Below, piece after piece: positions 51,036 to 62,764 of a stretch of DNA of 64,000 bases. Below the pieces are notes generated by a model. It ran no database searches, had not been told where the DNA came from, and was given only the letters and a program-made list of their open reading frames with translations. The stretch's first letter is position 1, and each line of letters opens with the position of its first letter. This DNA comes from an uncultured Erysipelotrichaceae bacterium (lineage in GTDB: Bacteria; Bacillota_I; Bacilli_A; Erysipelotrichales; Coprobacillaceae). The stretch is taken from positions 21,946-85,945 of the forward strand of contig CAMTOK010000002.1 in the NCBI GenBank assembly GCA_947074115.1. The letters run 5' to 3'. The position numbers and the translations under genes are program-made.

Positions 51036-51515
51036 ATGAATAAGAATATGAAAGAATTTGCATTAAACGCTATTATTGCAGCCGTTTATGCAGCACTAAC
51101 ATTAGCTATTATGCCAATAGCTTATGGACCAATCCAAGCAAGGTTATCAGAAGTCATGGTCTTCTTAGCGTTTTATAACAAACGTTATTTCCCAGGATTA
51201 ATTATTGGATGTTTTATTGCAAACCTATTTTCACCAATGGGTATGTATGATGTTATTTTTGGAACTTTATCAACAGCAATCGTTTGTTTTGCAATGTATA
51301 AATGTTCAAATAAATGGCTTGCGGCTGTCGCTGGATCAGTTGTTACTGGACTTGTCATTGGGGCAGAATTGTATTTTGCATTAAGCTTACCATTTATCAT
51401 TAATGCATTTTACGTGTTTGTAGGAGAACTTATTGTTTTATTAATAGGTGTTATTATCTTTAATTTTGTCGAAAAAAATAAAGATATTAATAATAAATAC
51501 TTAAAAGAGTCTTAA
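51036..51515 (+). CDS. queT: Queuosine precursor transporter QueT (ECF-type S component)
   Basis: N-terminal ALNAIIAAVYAALTL...YGPIQARLSEVMVFLAF pattern. 159 aa, about 5 TM. preQ1 riboswitch immediately upstream. Confidence 0.8.
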   Translation: MNKNMKEFALNAIIAAVYAALTLAIMPIAYGPIQARLSEVMVFLAFYNKRYFPGLIIGCFIANLFSPMGMYDVIFGTLSTAIVCFAMYKCSNKWLAAVAGSVVTGLVIGAELYFALSLPFIINAFYVFVGELIVLLIGVIIFNFVEKNKDINNKYLKES

Positions 51516-51540
51516 GATTTAAGACTCTCTTTTATTTTTC
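51506..51540 (+). terminator. Rho-independent terminator of queT
   Basis: AGAGTCTTAA-gat-TTAAGACTCT followed by CTTTTATTTTT. Confidence 0.85.
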
Positions 51541-51605
51541 TTGTGAAGAGGTATACTTATGATATAATAAATGTTATAAATTAAGGAAATATAAGAGGTG
51601 ACTTA

Positions 51606-52766
51606 ATGAATAAATTACTGGATAGAAAAAAAATAGACTTTAAATCAATTATTATCATTATTACTTATGCAGCATTAATGATATTATCAATTATATACTT
51701 TGAAACAATTCTCGCATTCCTAGGTAAATTCTTTGGAATGGTAAAACCATTTATTATTGGTTTTATATTGGCATTTTTATTAAATATACCAATGAAAATG
51801 TTTGAAAGACATATACATATCAAACACCAAAAACTAAAAAGAACACTATGTGGTATCTTAGCAATTGTATTTACATTAGGAATTTTCTCAATATTGTTAC
51901 TAGTTGTTATACCACAGGTTGTGGATAACTTAAAATCATTTGTAGATAATATGCCTTCACTTGTTTCACAATTACAAGGTTATATAACATCATTAGATGC
52001 ACAATTCCAAATACCAGAAATAGTTTTTGAAAAACTATTAGAGTTCCAAAATGAGTTGGGTGAACTTGTCATTCGTGGTTTAACATCATGGGGTCCTACA
52101 CTTGCTTCTGGTGTTACATTATTAACAAGCAGTGCAATTAGTACATTCTTAAGTATTGCGATCGCATGCTATATGTTATTTAGTAAAAATGTATTAATAT
52201 CTCAAGTCAAAAGAGTAGGTCGAGCTTGCCTGAATGATGATGTTTTCAACAAGACTGAATATGTTCTTAAATTAACATCAACAACATTTGAAAATTTCTT
52301 AGCAGGACAATTAACTGAATCGTTACTTGTTGGTATTGCGTGCTATTTAGTATGTTTAGCTGCAGGAATGCCATATGCATCTATTATTGCAGTGATCTTT
52401 GGATTCACTAATATCATTCCATACTTTGGTCCTATCATTGGAACAATGGTCTGTGCACTATTAATCTTCTTTGTTTCACCAATAAAAGCATTAATATTCA
52501 TTGGTTTAGGAACAGCCTTACAACAAGCAGAATCAATATTACTTTATCCACATGTTGTCGGTAAGAAAATTGGTTTATCAGCAATTTGGGTATTATTCGC
52601 TGTCACTGTGGGTGGTGGAATGTTTGGATTGGTTGGTATGATCTTTGGATTACCAGCATTCTCAGTTATTTATGAATTATTTAAACAGTGGATTAACAAA
52701 AGATTAAATGATAAGAAAAAAGAAAAAGAAGTTATTGTTATAGAAGAACTTCCTGAAAGTGTATAG
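51606..52766 (+). CDS. AI-2E family (UPF0118/PerM-like) transporter
   Basis: About 8 TM helices. C-terminal conserved IPYFGPIIG and LLYPHVVGKKIGLS motifs. Confidence 0.82.
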   Translation: MNKLLDRKKIDFKSIIIIITYAALMILSIIYFETILAFLGKFFGMVKPFIIGFILAFLLNIPMKMFERHIHIKHQKLKRTLCGILAIVFTLGIFSILLLVVIPQVVDNLKSFVDNMPSLVSQLQGYITSLDAQFQIPEIVFEKLLEFQNELGELVIRGLTSWGPTLASGVTLLTSSAISTFLSIAIACYMLFSKNVLISQVKRVGRACLNDDVFNKTEYVLKLTSTTFENFLAGQLTESLLVGIACYLVCLAAGMPYASIIAVIFGFTNIIPYFGPIIGTMVCALLIFFVSPIKALIFIGLGTALQQAESILLYPHVVGKKIGLSAIWVLFAVTVGGGMFGLVGMIFGLPAFSVIYELFKQWINKRLNDKKKEKEVIVIEELPESV

Positions 52767-52782
52767 AGATATACACTTTTCT
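52757..52782 (+). terminator. Rho-independent terminator
   Basis: AAGTGTATA-gaga-TATACACTT followed by TTCTT. Confidence 0.7.
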
Positions 52783-52789
52783 TATAATA

Positions 52790-52813
52790 AAAAACTGCCT
52801 AAAGGCAGTTTTT
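52790..52813 (-). terminator. Rho-independent terminator of the aminopeptidase gene
   Basis: AAAAACTGCC-ttta-GGCAGTTTTT (symmetric, so it could act in both directions). Confidence 0.8.
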
Positions 52814-54560
52814 ATACTTTTCTTGTGTAATATTTTAAGAATGTTTTTTCATCTGTACTTAAGTAAGGAGATAAAGTTGAATACACTTCTTTATGATATT
52901 CATTTAACCATTCTTTATCTTGTGATGTTAATAGATTAACATCAATAGCGTCTAAATCAATAGGAGCTAAAGTTAATGTTTTGAAGTTTAAGAATTGTCC
53001 ATAATCATTTAATTGTGATTTTTGAACGATCAATTCGTTTTCAATACGGATACCGTATTGACCTTCTAAGTAAACACCAGGTTCATTTGTTAAGATCATA
53101 CCAGGTTCTAAGATAGTTTCTTCACCTTTAACACGTGCTCTTGGTCTAATACCTTGAGGACCTTCATGAACATTTAAGAAATGACCAACACCATGACCAG
53201 TACCACATTGATAATCAATGCAAACATTCCATAGTGGTTGTCTTGCAAGAATATCTAAGTTAACACCTGTTGCACCGTATAAGAATGATGCGTTTTGTAA
53301 TGCAAGCATTCCTTTTAAAACAAGTGTAAAGTGTTCTTTTTCTTTAGATGTTAAGTCACCTAAAGCGAATGTTCTTGTAATGTCAGTTGTTCCATCTAGG
53401 TATTGTCCACCGCTATCAATAAGTAAGAATCCATTTTGTGTGATTTTAGAGTAATTTTCAGGAGTTGCATGGTAGTGCATTAAAGCACCGTTTTGTTTCC
53501 ACCCACAAATTGTTCCAAAACTCTCATCAACGAATAAACGTTGTTCTTCACGATATGTTTTTAAGATTTCAGAAATCATAATTTCATCTAAATCCATTTT
53601 ACCGTAGCTTGCTTTTAACCAATACATGAATTTAACAATAGCGACACCATCTTTAATATGAGCTTGTGTTGTATTTTCAATTTCAATTTCATTTTTAATT
53701 GATTTATAGAATTGCGTTGGATTAATCGCATCAATGACTTCAGTTTGTAAACTGTGATATAAAGCATAGTTAATTTGTGTAAGGTCAACCAAAGTTGTTC
53801 CAGTTAAAATGCTAGCATCTTCATAGATCATTGAGTAATCTTTAATATCAACATTTATAGCTTTATAATGTTGAACAAGTTCATCACTATAAGCATTGTC
53901 TTGTAAGTATAATGACACTGCTTTTTGTGTAATAATCGCAAATCCTAAAACTGTTGGAGAGTTAGGTGTATCAGCACCTCTAATATTGAATAACCAAGCA
54001 ATATCATCTAACGTTGTTATGATATGATTATCAATCTCTCTTTTTGCCATCTCATCTTTTAATCTGTTTAATTTAGATTCAGTAGATTCTCCACAGAATT
54101 GAATGTCGTAGACATAAGCTTTTGAACATGGCATAGCAGGACGTTCAGCCCAAAATTCATCAAGTAAATCTTCAGTATAAACTTGAATATTGACTTCATT
54201 GTAAATGTCCATAACAAATTGACATGATGTTGAAACAGCATCAAAACCAACAACATCTTGATCATTTAAATGGCTAACTAAAAAATCTTTAATCGTTGGT
54301 ACACCCATTTGCCCTTGTTTCATCAGGTGAATATCTTGGTCAAGTTGCTTAGCAGCTTGAATAAAATAACGACCGTCAGTCCATAAATATGCAGTTTCTT
54401 GTCCTATGACAAGAGTTCCTGCACTTCCATCAAATCCGCTTAAAAAAGCACGTCCTTGATAGTGTTCACAAACAACTTCAGATGAATGATCATCATTTGT
54501 TTGGATAATGTAGTACTTAATGTTTTTCTCTTTTAATTTCTTTTGAAATTCCTTTATCAT
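52812..54560 (-). CDS. Aminopeptidase P family (M24B Xaa-Pro aminopeptidase-like) protein
   Basis: Creatinase-like N-domains, then M24 metal ligands DSGGQY..GTTDITRT, HGVGHFLNVHEGP, NEPG, IENE. GGTGA RBS precedes ATG 54560. Confidence 0.85.
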   Translation of the reverse strand: MIKEFQKKLKEKNIKYYIIQTNDDHSSEVVCEHYQGRAFLSGFDGSAGTLVIGQETAYLWTDGRYFIQAAKQLDQDIHLMKQGQMGVPTIKDFLVSHLNDQDVVGFDAVSTSCQFVMDIYNEVNIQVYTEDLLDEFWAERPAMPCSKAYVYDIQFCGESTESKLNRLKDEMAKREIDNHIITTLDDIAWLFNIRGADTPNSPTVLGFAIITQKAVSLYLQDNAYSDELVQHYKAINVDIKDYSMIYEDASILTGTTLVDLTQINYALYHSLQTEVIDAINPTQFYKSIKNEIEIENTTQAHIKDGVAIVKFMYWLKASYGKMDLDEIMISEILKTYREEQRLFVDESFGTICGWKQNGALMHYHATPENYSKITQNGFLLIDSGGQYLDGTTDITRTFALGDLTSKEKEHFTLVLKGMLALQNASFLYGATGVNLDILARQPLWNVCIDYQCGTGHGVGHFLNVHEGPQGIRPRARVKGEETILEPGMILTNEPGVYLEGQYGIRIENELIVQKSQLNDYGQFLNFKTLTLAPIDLDAIDVNLLTSQDKEWLNEYHKEVYSTLSPYLSTDEKTFLKYYTRKV

Positions 54561-54672
54561 TTTTATCACCGTTTATACTCTAACATATTTATGAAAATAA
54601 AAAAAGATTTATAACAATCTTATTCGTATAGAAATTATATAAAATGTGGTAAACTAACATAGAGGTGATTAT

Positions 54673-56418
54673 ATGGAAAAACTATGGAGTTTAAAAGAGT
54701 TGTATTCATCTATTGAGGGTGAAGATTTTAAACATGATTTTAATGAAATAAAAACAATCATGACTGAATTAGGGACATATGTGAATAAGGAAAAAAATGA
54801 TCAAGTTCTTCATAATTATTTAGTAAAAACAAATGAATTAAATGATCTTATTGAAAAGGTATATTGTTTTGTGAATTTACAAATGAATGTTGATACGACA
54901 AATCAAGAGATCATTAAATTATATAATCAAATAGGAGATTTACTTGCTAGTTTTGCAGAAGATTCAGCAAAACTATCACGTTGGGTAGGTGAATTTGATT
55001 TAGATCAAATTCAAGATCCGTACTGCTTAGAACATCTTTATATCTTAAAGGAAATGAAGGATGTGAATAAATATCTCTTAAGTGATCAATCAGAAGCTTT
55101 ATTAGCGAAAATGAAAATGACTGGTTCATCAGCGTGGCAACAATATAAAGATCAATTAATATCTGGTTTAACAGTAACAATTGATGAAAAAGAATATCCA
55201 TTAACAGAAGTCTTAAATATGGCTTATTCTAAGGATGCTGATGAAAGAAAGAAAGCATATTATGCTGAAGTAGATGCGTATAAATCAATTGAAAACGGTG
55301 TTGCAAGTGCTTTAAATGCAATAAAAGGTGAAGCTTTAACAGTCACAGAAATGAGAGGATATGATTCTGTTTTACAAAGAACATTAATTGATTCTAGAAT
55401 GACTCAAAAGACTTTAGATGTATTAATTAAAACAATGCAAAAAGCGTGTCCATTGTTCCAAGATTTTTATAAATTAAAAGCGAAGAAACTCGGGTATTCA
55501 AACGGATTACCTTGGTATGATATGTATGCTAATTTATCAAATGCGAAATCAGATTATACATATGAAGAAGCTGCATTATTTATAGAAAAACAATTCTCAT
55601 CATTCTCAGAGACTTTGGGACAATATGCTAGAAACGCTGTGGAAAAGAATTGGGTAGATGTTGAACCAAGAGCAGGAAAAGTTGGTGGTGCTTTTTGTTC
55701 AAATCTTCATAGTATTAAAGAAAGTCGATTCTTATTAAATTTTGGTGGTGATATAAGTGATGTCATTACAATGGCACATGAGTTGGGACATGGATTTCAT
55801 GGTCATTGTTTAAATGAAGAGTATTCATTAAATGCACAATATCCAATGCCTATAGCTGAAACAGCGTCAACTTTTTGTGAAACGATTGTTAAAAAAGCAG
55901 CAATTAAAGAAGGAACAAATGAAGAAAAATGTCTGATCCTTGAAAATGAATTATCTGATAGTTCACAAGTCATTGTCGATATCTATTCTCGTTTCTTGTT
56001 TGAGAGTCGTTTCTTTGAAAAAAGAAAAGACGGTCCTTTAAGTGTTGAAGAAATAAAAGAATTAATGGTAGAAGCACAAAAAGAAGCTTATGGTGACGGT
56101 CTAGATCATAATGTCCTTCATCCTTATATGTGGACATGGAAACCACATTATTATGAAGCTGATTATGCATTTTATAATTTCCCTTATGCATTTGGTCTTT
56201 TACTCGCTAAAGGATTATATGGTATGTATTTAAAAGAAGGGGCTAGCTTTGCTAAAAAATATGAGCAATTTCTATCATTAACAGGTAAAAATGATTTGGT
56301 AGATGTCGCTAAAAGCGTAGGAATAGATTTAGAAGATGAATCATTCTGGCAAAATTCTATTGATATGATTAAACAAGACTTAAATGAGTACTATCAACTC
56401 GTTGAAACAATGTCTTAA
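54673..56418 (+). CDS. pepF: M3B oligoendopeptidase F family
   Basis: Zincin motif HELGHGFH with a downstream E (AETAS). ~580 aa. Confidence 0.82.
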   Translation: MEKLWSLKELYSSIEGEDFKHDFNEIKTIMTELGTYVNKEKNDQVLHNYLVKTNELNDLIEKVYCFVNLQMNVDTTNQEIIKLYNQIGDLLASFAEDSAKLSRWVGEFDLDQIQDPYCLEHLYILKEMKDVNKYLLSDQSEALLAKMKMTGSSAWQQYKDQLISGLTVTIDEKEYPLTEVLNMAYSKDADERKKAYYAEVDAYKSIENGVASALNAIKGEALTVTEMRGYDSVLQRTLIDSRMTQKTLDVLIKTMQKACPLFQDFYKLKAKKLGYSNGLPWYDMYANLSNAKSDYTYEEAALFIEKQFSSFSETLGQYARNAVEKNWVDVEPRAGKVGGAFCSNLHSIKESRFLLNFGGDISDVITMAHELGHGFHGHCLNEEYSLNAQYPMPIAETASTFCETIVKKAAIKEGTNEEKCLILENELSDSSQVIVDIYSRFLFESRFFEKRKDGPLSVEEIKELMVEAQKEAYGDGLDHNVLHPYMWTWKPHYYEADYAFYNFPYAFGLLLAKGLYGMYLKEGASFAKKYEQFLSLTGKNDLVDVAKSVGIDLEDESFWQNSIDMIKQDLNEYYQLVETMS

Positions 56419-56420
56419 TA

Positions 56421-57951
<1,531 letters not shown>

Positions 57952-57954
57952 TAA

Positions 57955-57981
57955 AAATAACTCTCGTCAGAGAGTTATTTT
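57955..57981. terminator. Bidirectional terminator
   Basis: AAATAACTCTC-gtca-GAGAGTTATTT. Overlaps the GNAT stop. Confidence 0.85.
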
Positions 57982-58469
57982 AGTACATAAACATGAGAAT
58001 TGATTTGGGGGCTATACACATCATGTTTAAATTTTAATTTTTCTAATAAATGAATACTTGCATAATTTTCAGGTTCTACAAGAGCAACAATTTCGTGTTG
58101 GGGGTAATGCACTTTTAAGTAACATAACACGGATGTGAGCATTTCAAAAGCATAACCTTGTCTCATATGCTGATAGGATATTGTATATCCTATTGTAATA
58201 CATTTTTGAGCACTGTTCACAAAGACACTCAAGTCACCAATTAAATGATTATCCAAAAGAGAAATAGCATAATGTTGTTCATAAGTCATTGAACCAAAGG
58301 TATCCTTTTGGTACTTTTCTATAAAGTGCTCTAATTGTTCATAACTTGTATCACTCCATCTTTGATATTGACTACATTGTAAATTGTTTCTATAGTCAAA
58401 TAATAAATCTAAATCTTGATTTTGGAATTGTCTCAATTTTAATCGTTTGGTTTTAATAAAATCAGTCAT
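57975..58469 (-). CDS. GNAT family N-acetyltransferase (RimJ/RimL-like)
   Basis: TKRLKLRQF..QDLD.L N-terminus and acetyl-CoA loop RQGYAFEML. 164 aa. Confidence 0.8.
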   Translation of the reverse strand: MTDFIKTKRLKLRQFQNQDLDLLFDYRNNLQCSQYQRWSDTSYEQLEHFIEKYQKDTFGSMTYEQHYAISLLDNHLIGDLSVFVNSAQKCITIGYTISYQHMRQGYAFEMLTSVLCYLKVHYPQHEIVALVEPENYASIHLLEKLKFKHDVYSPQINSHVYVLK

Positions 58470-58620
58470 AAAATCTCCTTATATCAAAAAAGTCTTCTAA
58501 ATTTATAATACTTGTATAAAATATATATTGCAATTGTAAAATAAAGTATTAATATGTTTATTATTGATTAATGAATGTCTTATTGTAATTATGGTAAGGC
58601 TAATTGGGAAGGTGAAGGAT

Positions 58621-59265
58621 ATGAGAGAAAAAACATTAAAGATAGTCAATTATATTTGTATAGCGATTTATGTAGTGACATTAGGGATAGCAGTCTATTT
58701 AAATTTAGGTAAAACTCAAGGTTTAATTATGTGTGGTGCAGCTGTAATCTGTCCATTATTAATGCCAGCTTTATTAAAAATATTAAAAATAAAAGCACCA
58801 TTAGAATTCCATATTGTTAATATTGTCTTTATGTATTTTGCAAGTCTTTGGGGAAGTTGTTTAGGTGGTTATTCTACATTGTTCTTTGATAAAATTATCC
58901 ACTGTTTAAGTGGTGTATTGGTTGGAGAAGTTGCTTATGTTGTTTATAAATATTACTTAAGAGAAGATCGTAGAAAGAGTTTAATGTTTATATTTATGAC
59001 GGCTTTTAATGCATGTGTTGCAGTGTTCTGGGAATTTTATGAGTATGCATTACTTGTCTTTATCAACAATGATGCAATTAATCATTATTCACAAGGTGTC
59101 CATGATTCAATGCAAGATATGTTAGTGGCTGTTCTTGGATGTTTTGTTTTAACATTATATTTAATGAAATATGATCAAGATAATAAACCACATTTCTTTG
59201 TAGAACTTGAAAGAAAGTTCTCTAAAATGAATAATTTCTTAAAACATAAAGAAGAAAAGGTATAG
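58621..59265 (+). CDS. Polytopic membrane protein of unknown function (YjdF/DUF2238-like pattern)
   Basis: About 6 TM helices. KIIHCLSG and FWEFYEYA motifs. GAAGGTGAAGGA RBS precedes ATG 58621. Confidence 0.45.
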   Translation: MREKTLKIVNYICIAIYVVTLGIAVYLNLGKTQGLIMCGAAVICPLLMPALLKILKIKAPLEFHIVNIVFMYFASLWGSCLGGYSTLFFDKIIHCLSGVLVGEVAYVVYKYYLREDRRKSLMFIFMTAFNACVAVFWEFYEYALLVFINNDAINHYSQGVHDSMQDMLVAVLGCFVLTLYLMKYDQDNKPHFFVELERKFSKMNNFLKHKEEKV

Positions 59266-59285
59266 TTTCATAACTATACCTTTTT
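59256..59285. terminator. Bidirectional terminator
   Basis: AAAGGTATAGTT-tcat-AACTATACCTTT flanked by A/T runs. Overlaps both convergent stop codons. Confidence 0.85.
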
Positions 59286-60014
59286 AATATGACTAAAATT
59301 AATAAGTTCAATATTGTTGTCTTTAATAAAATCAATTAATGGTTGTGAAGTTAATACTTCAAGTTCTTTCATTCTTGGTAAGCAATAACTAGACATATCA
59401 TAGAGTCTTTGATCAACAAGTGCAGGGTGACACATAAATTCAAGAACTGTATCATTTTTTGAGAATGCATCTGTGATAAAATCATAGTTTGCATCATCAC
59501 CATACATACGATCATCGCATCTTACGTATTCATAGGTATCGAGAATATGATCTCTTTGTCTCATAGGAATATCGTACTCTCTCGCTAATGTCATTGCAGT
59601 CTCAACGAATTGTGGTATTAAATGAACATGATGATGAGAATCTATATGTGTTGGTTTATGGCCAGCAACCTCAATATAATGCTCAAGTTGAGCTTTCCAT
59701 TCTGTGTATAACTCATCTAAACATACAGGATGTCCACCTTCATAATCTTTTGGTTTTAAAAATTCACCTTGATCATTAGTAAAAGATCTTCCTTCTGTTA
59801 ATGGTTTTCCAGCACTTAAAACCAAATGTATTCCAACACCTAAATCAGGGTGCTTTTTAGCTTGATCTAATGCAAATTTTGCAAAAGGCATATTCATCAT
59901 ACAAGTTGTAGATGTTAAGATCCCTTCTTCATGTGCTAAAAGAATTCCAATTGTATTGGCTTGTGTCATTCCAAAGTCATCAGCATTGACTATTAATCTT
60001 TTTAAAGTAACCAT
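59274..60014 (-). CDS. ChbG/YdjC-family carbohydrate deacetylase
   Basis: LIVNADDFGMT N-terminal motif, GIHLVL and HIDSHHHVH metal/His cluster. Confidence 0.85.
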   Translation of the reverse strand: MVTLKRLIVNADDFGMTQANTIGILLAHEEGILTSTTCMMNMPFAKFALDQAKKHPDLGVGIHLVLSAGKPLTEGRSFTNDQGEFLKPKDYEGGHPVCLDELYTEWKAQLEHYIEVAGHKPTHIDSHHHVHLIPQFVETAMTLAREYDIPMRQRDHILDTYEYVRCDDRMYGDDANYDFITDAFSKNDTVLEFMCHPALVDQRLYDMSSYCLPRMKELEVLTSQPLIDFIKDNNIELINFSHIKKV

Positions 60015-60155
60015 TATAATTCCTCCGTCTTTATATGATTAGTATAACTCTTTTTCAATACTCATTTTATAAATTTTTATATTTTGAAAATATATATGAT
60101 TTCTTATTCATGTTTGAATCAATATGCTTTATAATGGTAACAACGAGGTGGAACT

Positions 60156-61010
60156 ATGACAAATTTTATCAATGGCTATACATCATTATATGGAATTGTA
60201 GCACAACCAATTAAACATTCACTCTCTCCTATGATGCACAATACAGCATTTCAGGAATTGGGTATGAATAGTGTTTATCTTGCGTTTGAAACAGCACAAG
60301 AAGATTTAGAAGCATTTATTAACTCAGTTAAAACATTAAATATATTGGGATTTAATGTCTCAATGCCTTATAAACAAACTATTATGAAATATTTAGATGA
60401 ATTAAGCGAGGATGCAACGCTATGTGAGGCGGTGAATACTGTTAAGTATGTGGATGGAAAATTAATAGGTCACATTACAGATGGTAAAGGATTCTTCTTA
60501 TCTTGTGAACAAAAGGGTTGGCGTATACAAGGCAAGAAAGTTGTTATATTAGGTGCAGGGGGTGCTGCGAACGCTATTATCGTTGAAGCAGCAATGCAAC
60601 AAGCTAGCGAGATTATTGTCTATAATAGAAGCGATAAACCTTTTGTAAGAGAATTAAATAATAAAGTTCAGTCAACAATAATATTGAAAGATATAAAAGA
60701 TTTGGAATCTTTAAAAGAAGATTTAAATGATGCTTATATGTTAATACAAACATCAAGTGTGGGGATGAATCCTCATAGTGATGGTTGTTTAATTCCTGAC
60801 TGTACATATTTACATAAGGATTTAAAAGTGGTTGATATTATATATCAACCTAAAGAAACAGTATTATTAAAATATGCTAGAGAGCAAGGGTGCGATTATA
60901 TGAATGGTGAAGGGATGATTCTTTATCAAGGTGCGGTTGCTTTTGAATATTGGACAGGAGAGAAAATGCCAATTGAATGTGTAAAAAAGGCAATTGGTTT
61001 GGAGGATTAA
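60156..61010 (+). CDS. aroE: Shikimate dehydrogenase
   Basis: HSLSPMMHN, NVSMPYK, GAGGAANAI and the NT...DG substrate loop. Confidence 0.88.
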   Translation: MTNFINGYTSLYGIVAQPIKHSLSPMMHNTAFQELGMNSVYLAFETAQEDLEAFINSVKTLNILGFNVSMPYKQTIMKYLDELSEDATLCEAVNTVKYVDGKLIGHITDGKGFFLSCEQKGWRIQGKKVVILGAGGAANAIIVEAAMQQASEIIVYNRSDKPFVRELNNKVQSTIILKDIKDLESLKEDLNDAYMLIQTSSVGMNPHSDGCLIPDCTYLHKDLKVVDIIYQPKETVLLKYAREQGCDYMNGEGMILYQGAVAFEYWTGEKMPIECVKKAIGLED

Positions 61011-61011
61011 A

Positions 61012-61596
61012 ATGAAAGAAATCGTTGTTGCTTCTACGAATCAAGGGAAGCTAAAAGAAATAAAAGCGATGTTAGAAGGTATAGGAATACAAGTAATTCC
61101 TATGAATGAAGCATTAAATGAATCAATAGAGATTGAAGAAACAGGAACAACATTTAAAGAGAACGCAAAGCTCAAAGCAGAAACAATCTGTCAGATGATT
61201 GGAAAACCAACTTTAGCAGACGACTCTGGTTTAGAAGTTGACGCTATGGATAAAGCACCAGGAGTTTACTCATCTCGATTTATGGGGGAAACAACGAGCT
61301 ATGATATTAAAAATCAACATATCATTGATCAAGTAGAAGGAAAAGAAAGAACTGCACGTTTTATATGTGCAATGGCACTCGCTATCCCTCATCAAGAGAC
61401 AATTCTCATTGAGGAAAGCTTTGAAGGAGAAATACATCATTGTATTGAAGGAGGGAATGGGTTTGGTTATGATCCTATCTTCTTTGTTCCTGAATTAAAT
61501 AAAACATCAGCAAGTCTATCTTTAGAAGAAAAAAATAAATATTCTCATAGAGCAAAAGCATTAAGAAAACTCTATGACATGTTAAAGGAGTTATAA
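61012..61596 (+). CDS. rdgB: Non-canonical purine NTP pyrophosphatase (RdgB/HAM1)
   Basis: VASTNQGKLKE, ETGTTF.ENA..KA, ADDSGLEVDA, FGYDPIF. GGAGGA RBS precedes ATG 61012. Confidence 0.9.
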   Translation: MKEIVVASTNQGKLKEIKAMLEGIGIQVIPMNEALNESIEIEETGTTFKENAKLKAETICQMIGKPTLADDSGLEVDAMDKAPGVYSSRFMGETTSYDIKNQHIIDQVEGKERTARFICAMALAIPHQETILIEESFEGEIHHCIEGGNGFGYDPIFFVPELNKTSASLSLEEKNKYSHRAKALRKLYDMLKEL

Positions 61597-61597
61597 A

Positions 61598-62101
61598 ATG
61601 AATCATATAGTATTAATTCATCCTGCTATCCCACAAAATACAGGAAATATTATGAGAACATGTGTTGCGACACATACAACATTACATATTGTCAAACCTA
61701 TGGGGTTTACATTAGATGATAAGAAAATGAAAAGAGCAGGGTTAGATTATATCCAAAACTTAAATCTTCAAATACATGAAAATTGGGAAGATTTTAAAGA
61801 AAAAAACCCTGGTCATTATCATTTCTATACACGTTATTCTAAACTGTGTTATAGTGAAGCGGATTATGTGAGTGAAGGTGATCATTATTTGATATATGGT
61901 CATGAACATGATGGTATTCCACATGATATATTAAAAGATCATTTGGATGATTGTGTCCGTATCCCTATGGATAGTGATGCAAGAAGTTTGAATCTATCTA
62001 ACTGTGTAGCAATTGGAATTTATGAAACATTACGTCATCAAGACTTCCCTCAACTATCTAAAGTAGAGGTTCAAAAAGGTGAAGACTTTTTATATGAGTA
62101 A
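61598..62101 (+). CDS. trmL: tRNA (cytidine/uridine-34 2'-O)-methyltransferase, SpoU/TrmL family
   Basis: IVLIHPAIPQNTGNIMRTC...HIVKPMGF..DDKKMKRAGLDY closely parallels E. coli TrmL. C-terminal SLNLSN.VAI knot. Confidence 0.88.
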   Translation: MNHIVLIHPAIPQNTGNIMRTCVATHTTLHIVKPMGFTLDDKKMKRAGLDYIQNLNLQIHENWEDFKEKNPGHYHFYTRYSKLCYSEADYVSEGDHYLIYGHEHDGIPHDILKDHLDDCVRIPMDSDARSLNLSNCVAIGIYETLRHQDFPQLSKVEVQKGEDFLYE

Positions 62102-62744
62102 ATCTAAGGGTGATCTCATCCTTGGATTTATGCTCGCTATTCTCATCATAACAACGGGTATAGTTTTTGCAGTATTTTTTAAACAACTCTTTTATTTTGA
62201 CATAGATTTTCTCTCTTTAGAAAGAAGCAGTGGATTAACAAAAGATATTATTATTCAAAACTATGATTCTATGATACATTACTTTTCATTATGGAATAGG
62301 GGGCCATTGACATTCCCAACGCTTGCAATGTCTACAAATGGTCGTATCCATTTTGAGGAAGTGAAAGTCATCTTTGATCTAATACAAATTGCGTTTATAA
62401 CGAGTTTAGCTTATACAAGTTATTTTGGTTATCAAAGATATAAAGATAAAAATTATGAATATTTAAAAATAGCGTTATCAATGATCTTATTCTTACTTAT
62501 ATGTATTGTCATATTATTAATGTTTGGATTTGAACAAGCGTTTCTCTTGTTCCATCAAGTTGTTTTTAGAAATGATTATTGGTATTTTGATTTAAGGTAT
62601 GATCCTGTTATTACTATATTACCAGAGGCATTCTTCTTCCATAGTCTTATATTGATTATTGTTGTTGTTTGTATTCTGTGTTGTGTATGTTTAGGAGTTT
62701 ATCTTTATCAATATAATAAAGTGAAGAAAATGAAAAAAATCTAG
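62094..62744 (+). CDS. Integral membrane protein, TIGR01906/DUF1461-like
   Basis: 4-5 TM helices. FHQVVFRNDYWYFD motif typical of this family. The start overlaps the end of trmL. Confidence 0.6.
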   Translation: MSKSKGDLILGFMLAILIITTGIVFAVFFKQLFYFDIDFLSLERSSGLTKDIIIQNYDSMIHYFSLWNRGPLTFPTLAMSTNGRIHFEEVKVIFDLIQIAFITSLAYTSYFGYQRYKDKNYEYLKIALSMILFLLICIVILLMFGFEQAFLLFHQVVFRNDYWYFDLRYDPVITILPEAFFFHSLILIIVVVCILCCVCLGVYLYQYNKVKKMKKI

Positions 62745-62764
62745 AGATGATCTCTAGATTTTTA
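62737..62764. terminator. Bidirectional terminator
   Basis: AAATCTAGAGA-tga-TCTCTAGATTT followed by TT. Confidence 0.85.

Noticed and set aside
57975-58469. GNAT acetyltransferase considered as a GNAT/RHH toxin-antitoxin module.
   Set aside because: There is no small antitoxin gene on either side. The sequence looks RimJ/RimL-like, and it is bracketed by terminators as a single gene.
60079-60093. Palindrome ATATTTT-G-AAAATAT upstream of aroE, considered as a CodY box.
   Set aside because: Only about 8 of 15 positions match AATTTTCWGAAAATT, and the arm-centre geometry differs. AT-only palindromes of this size are common here.
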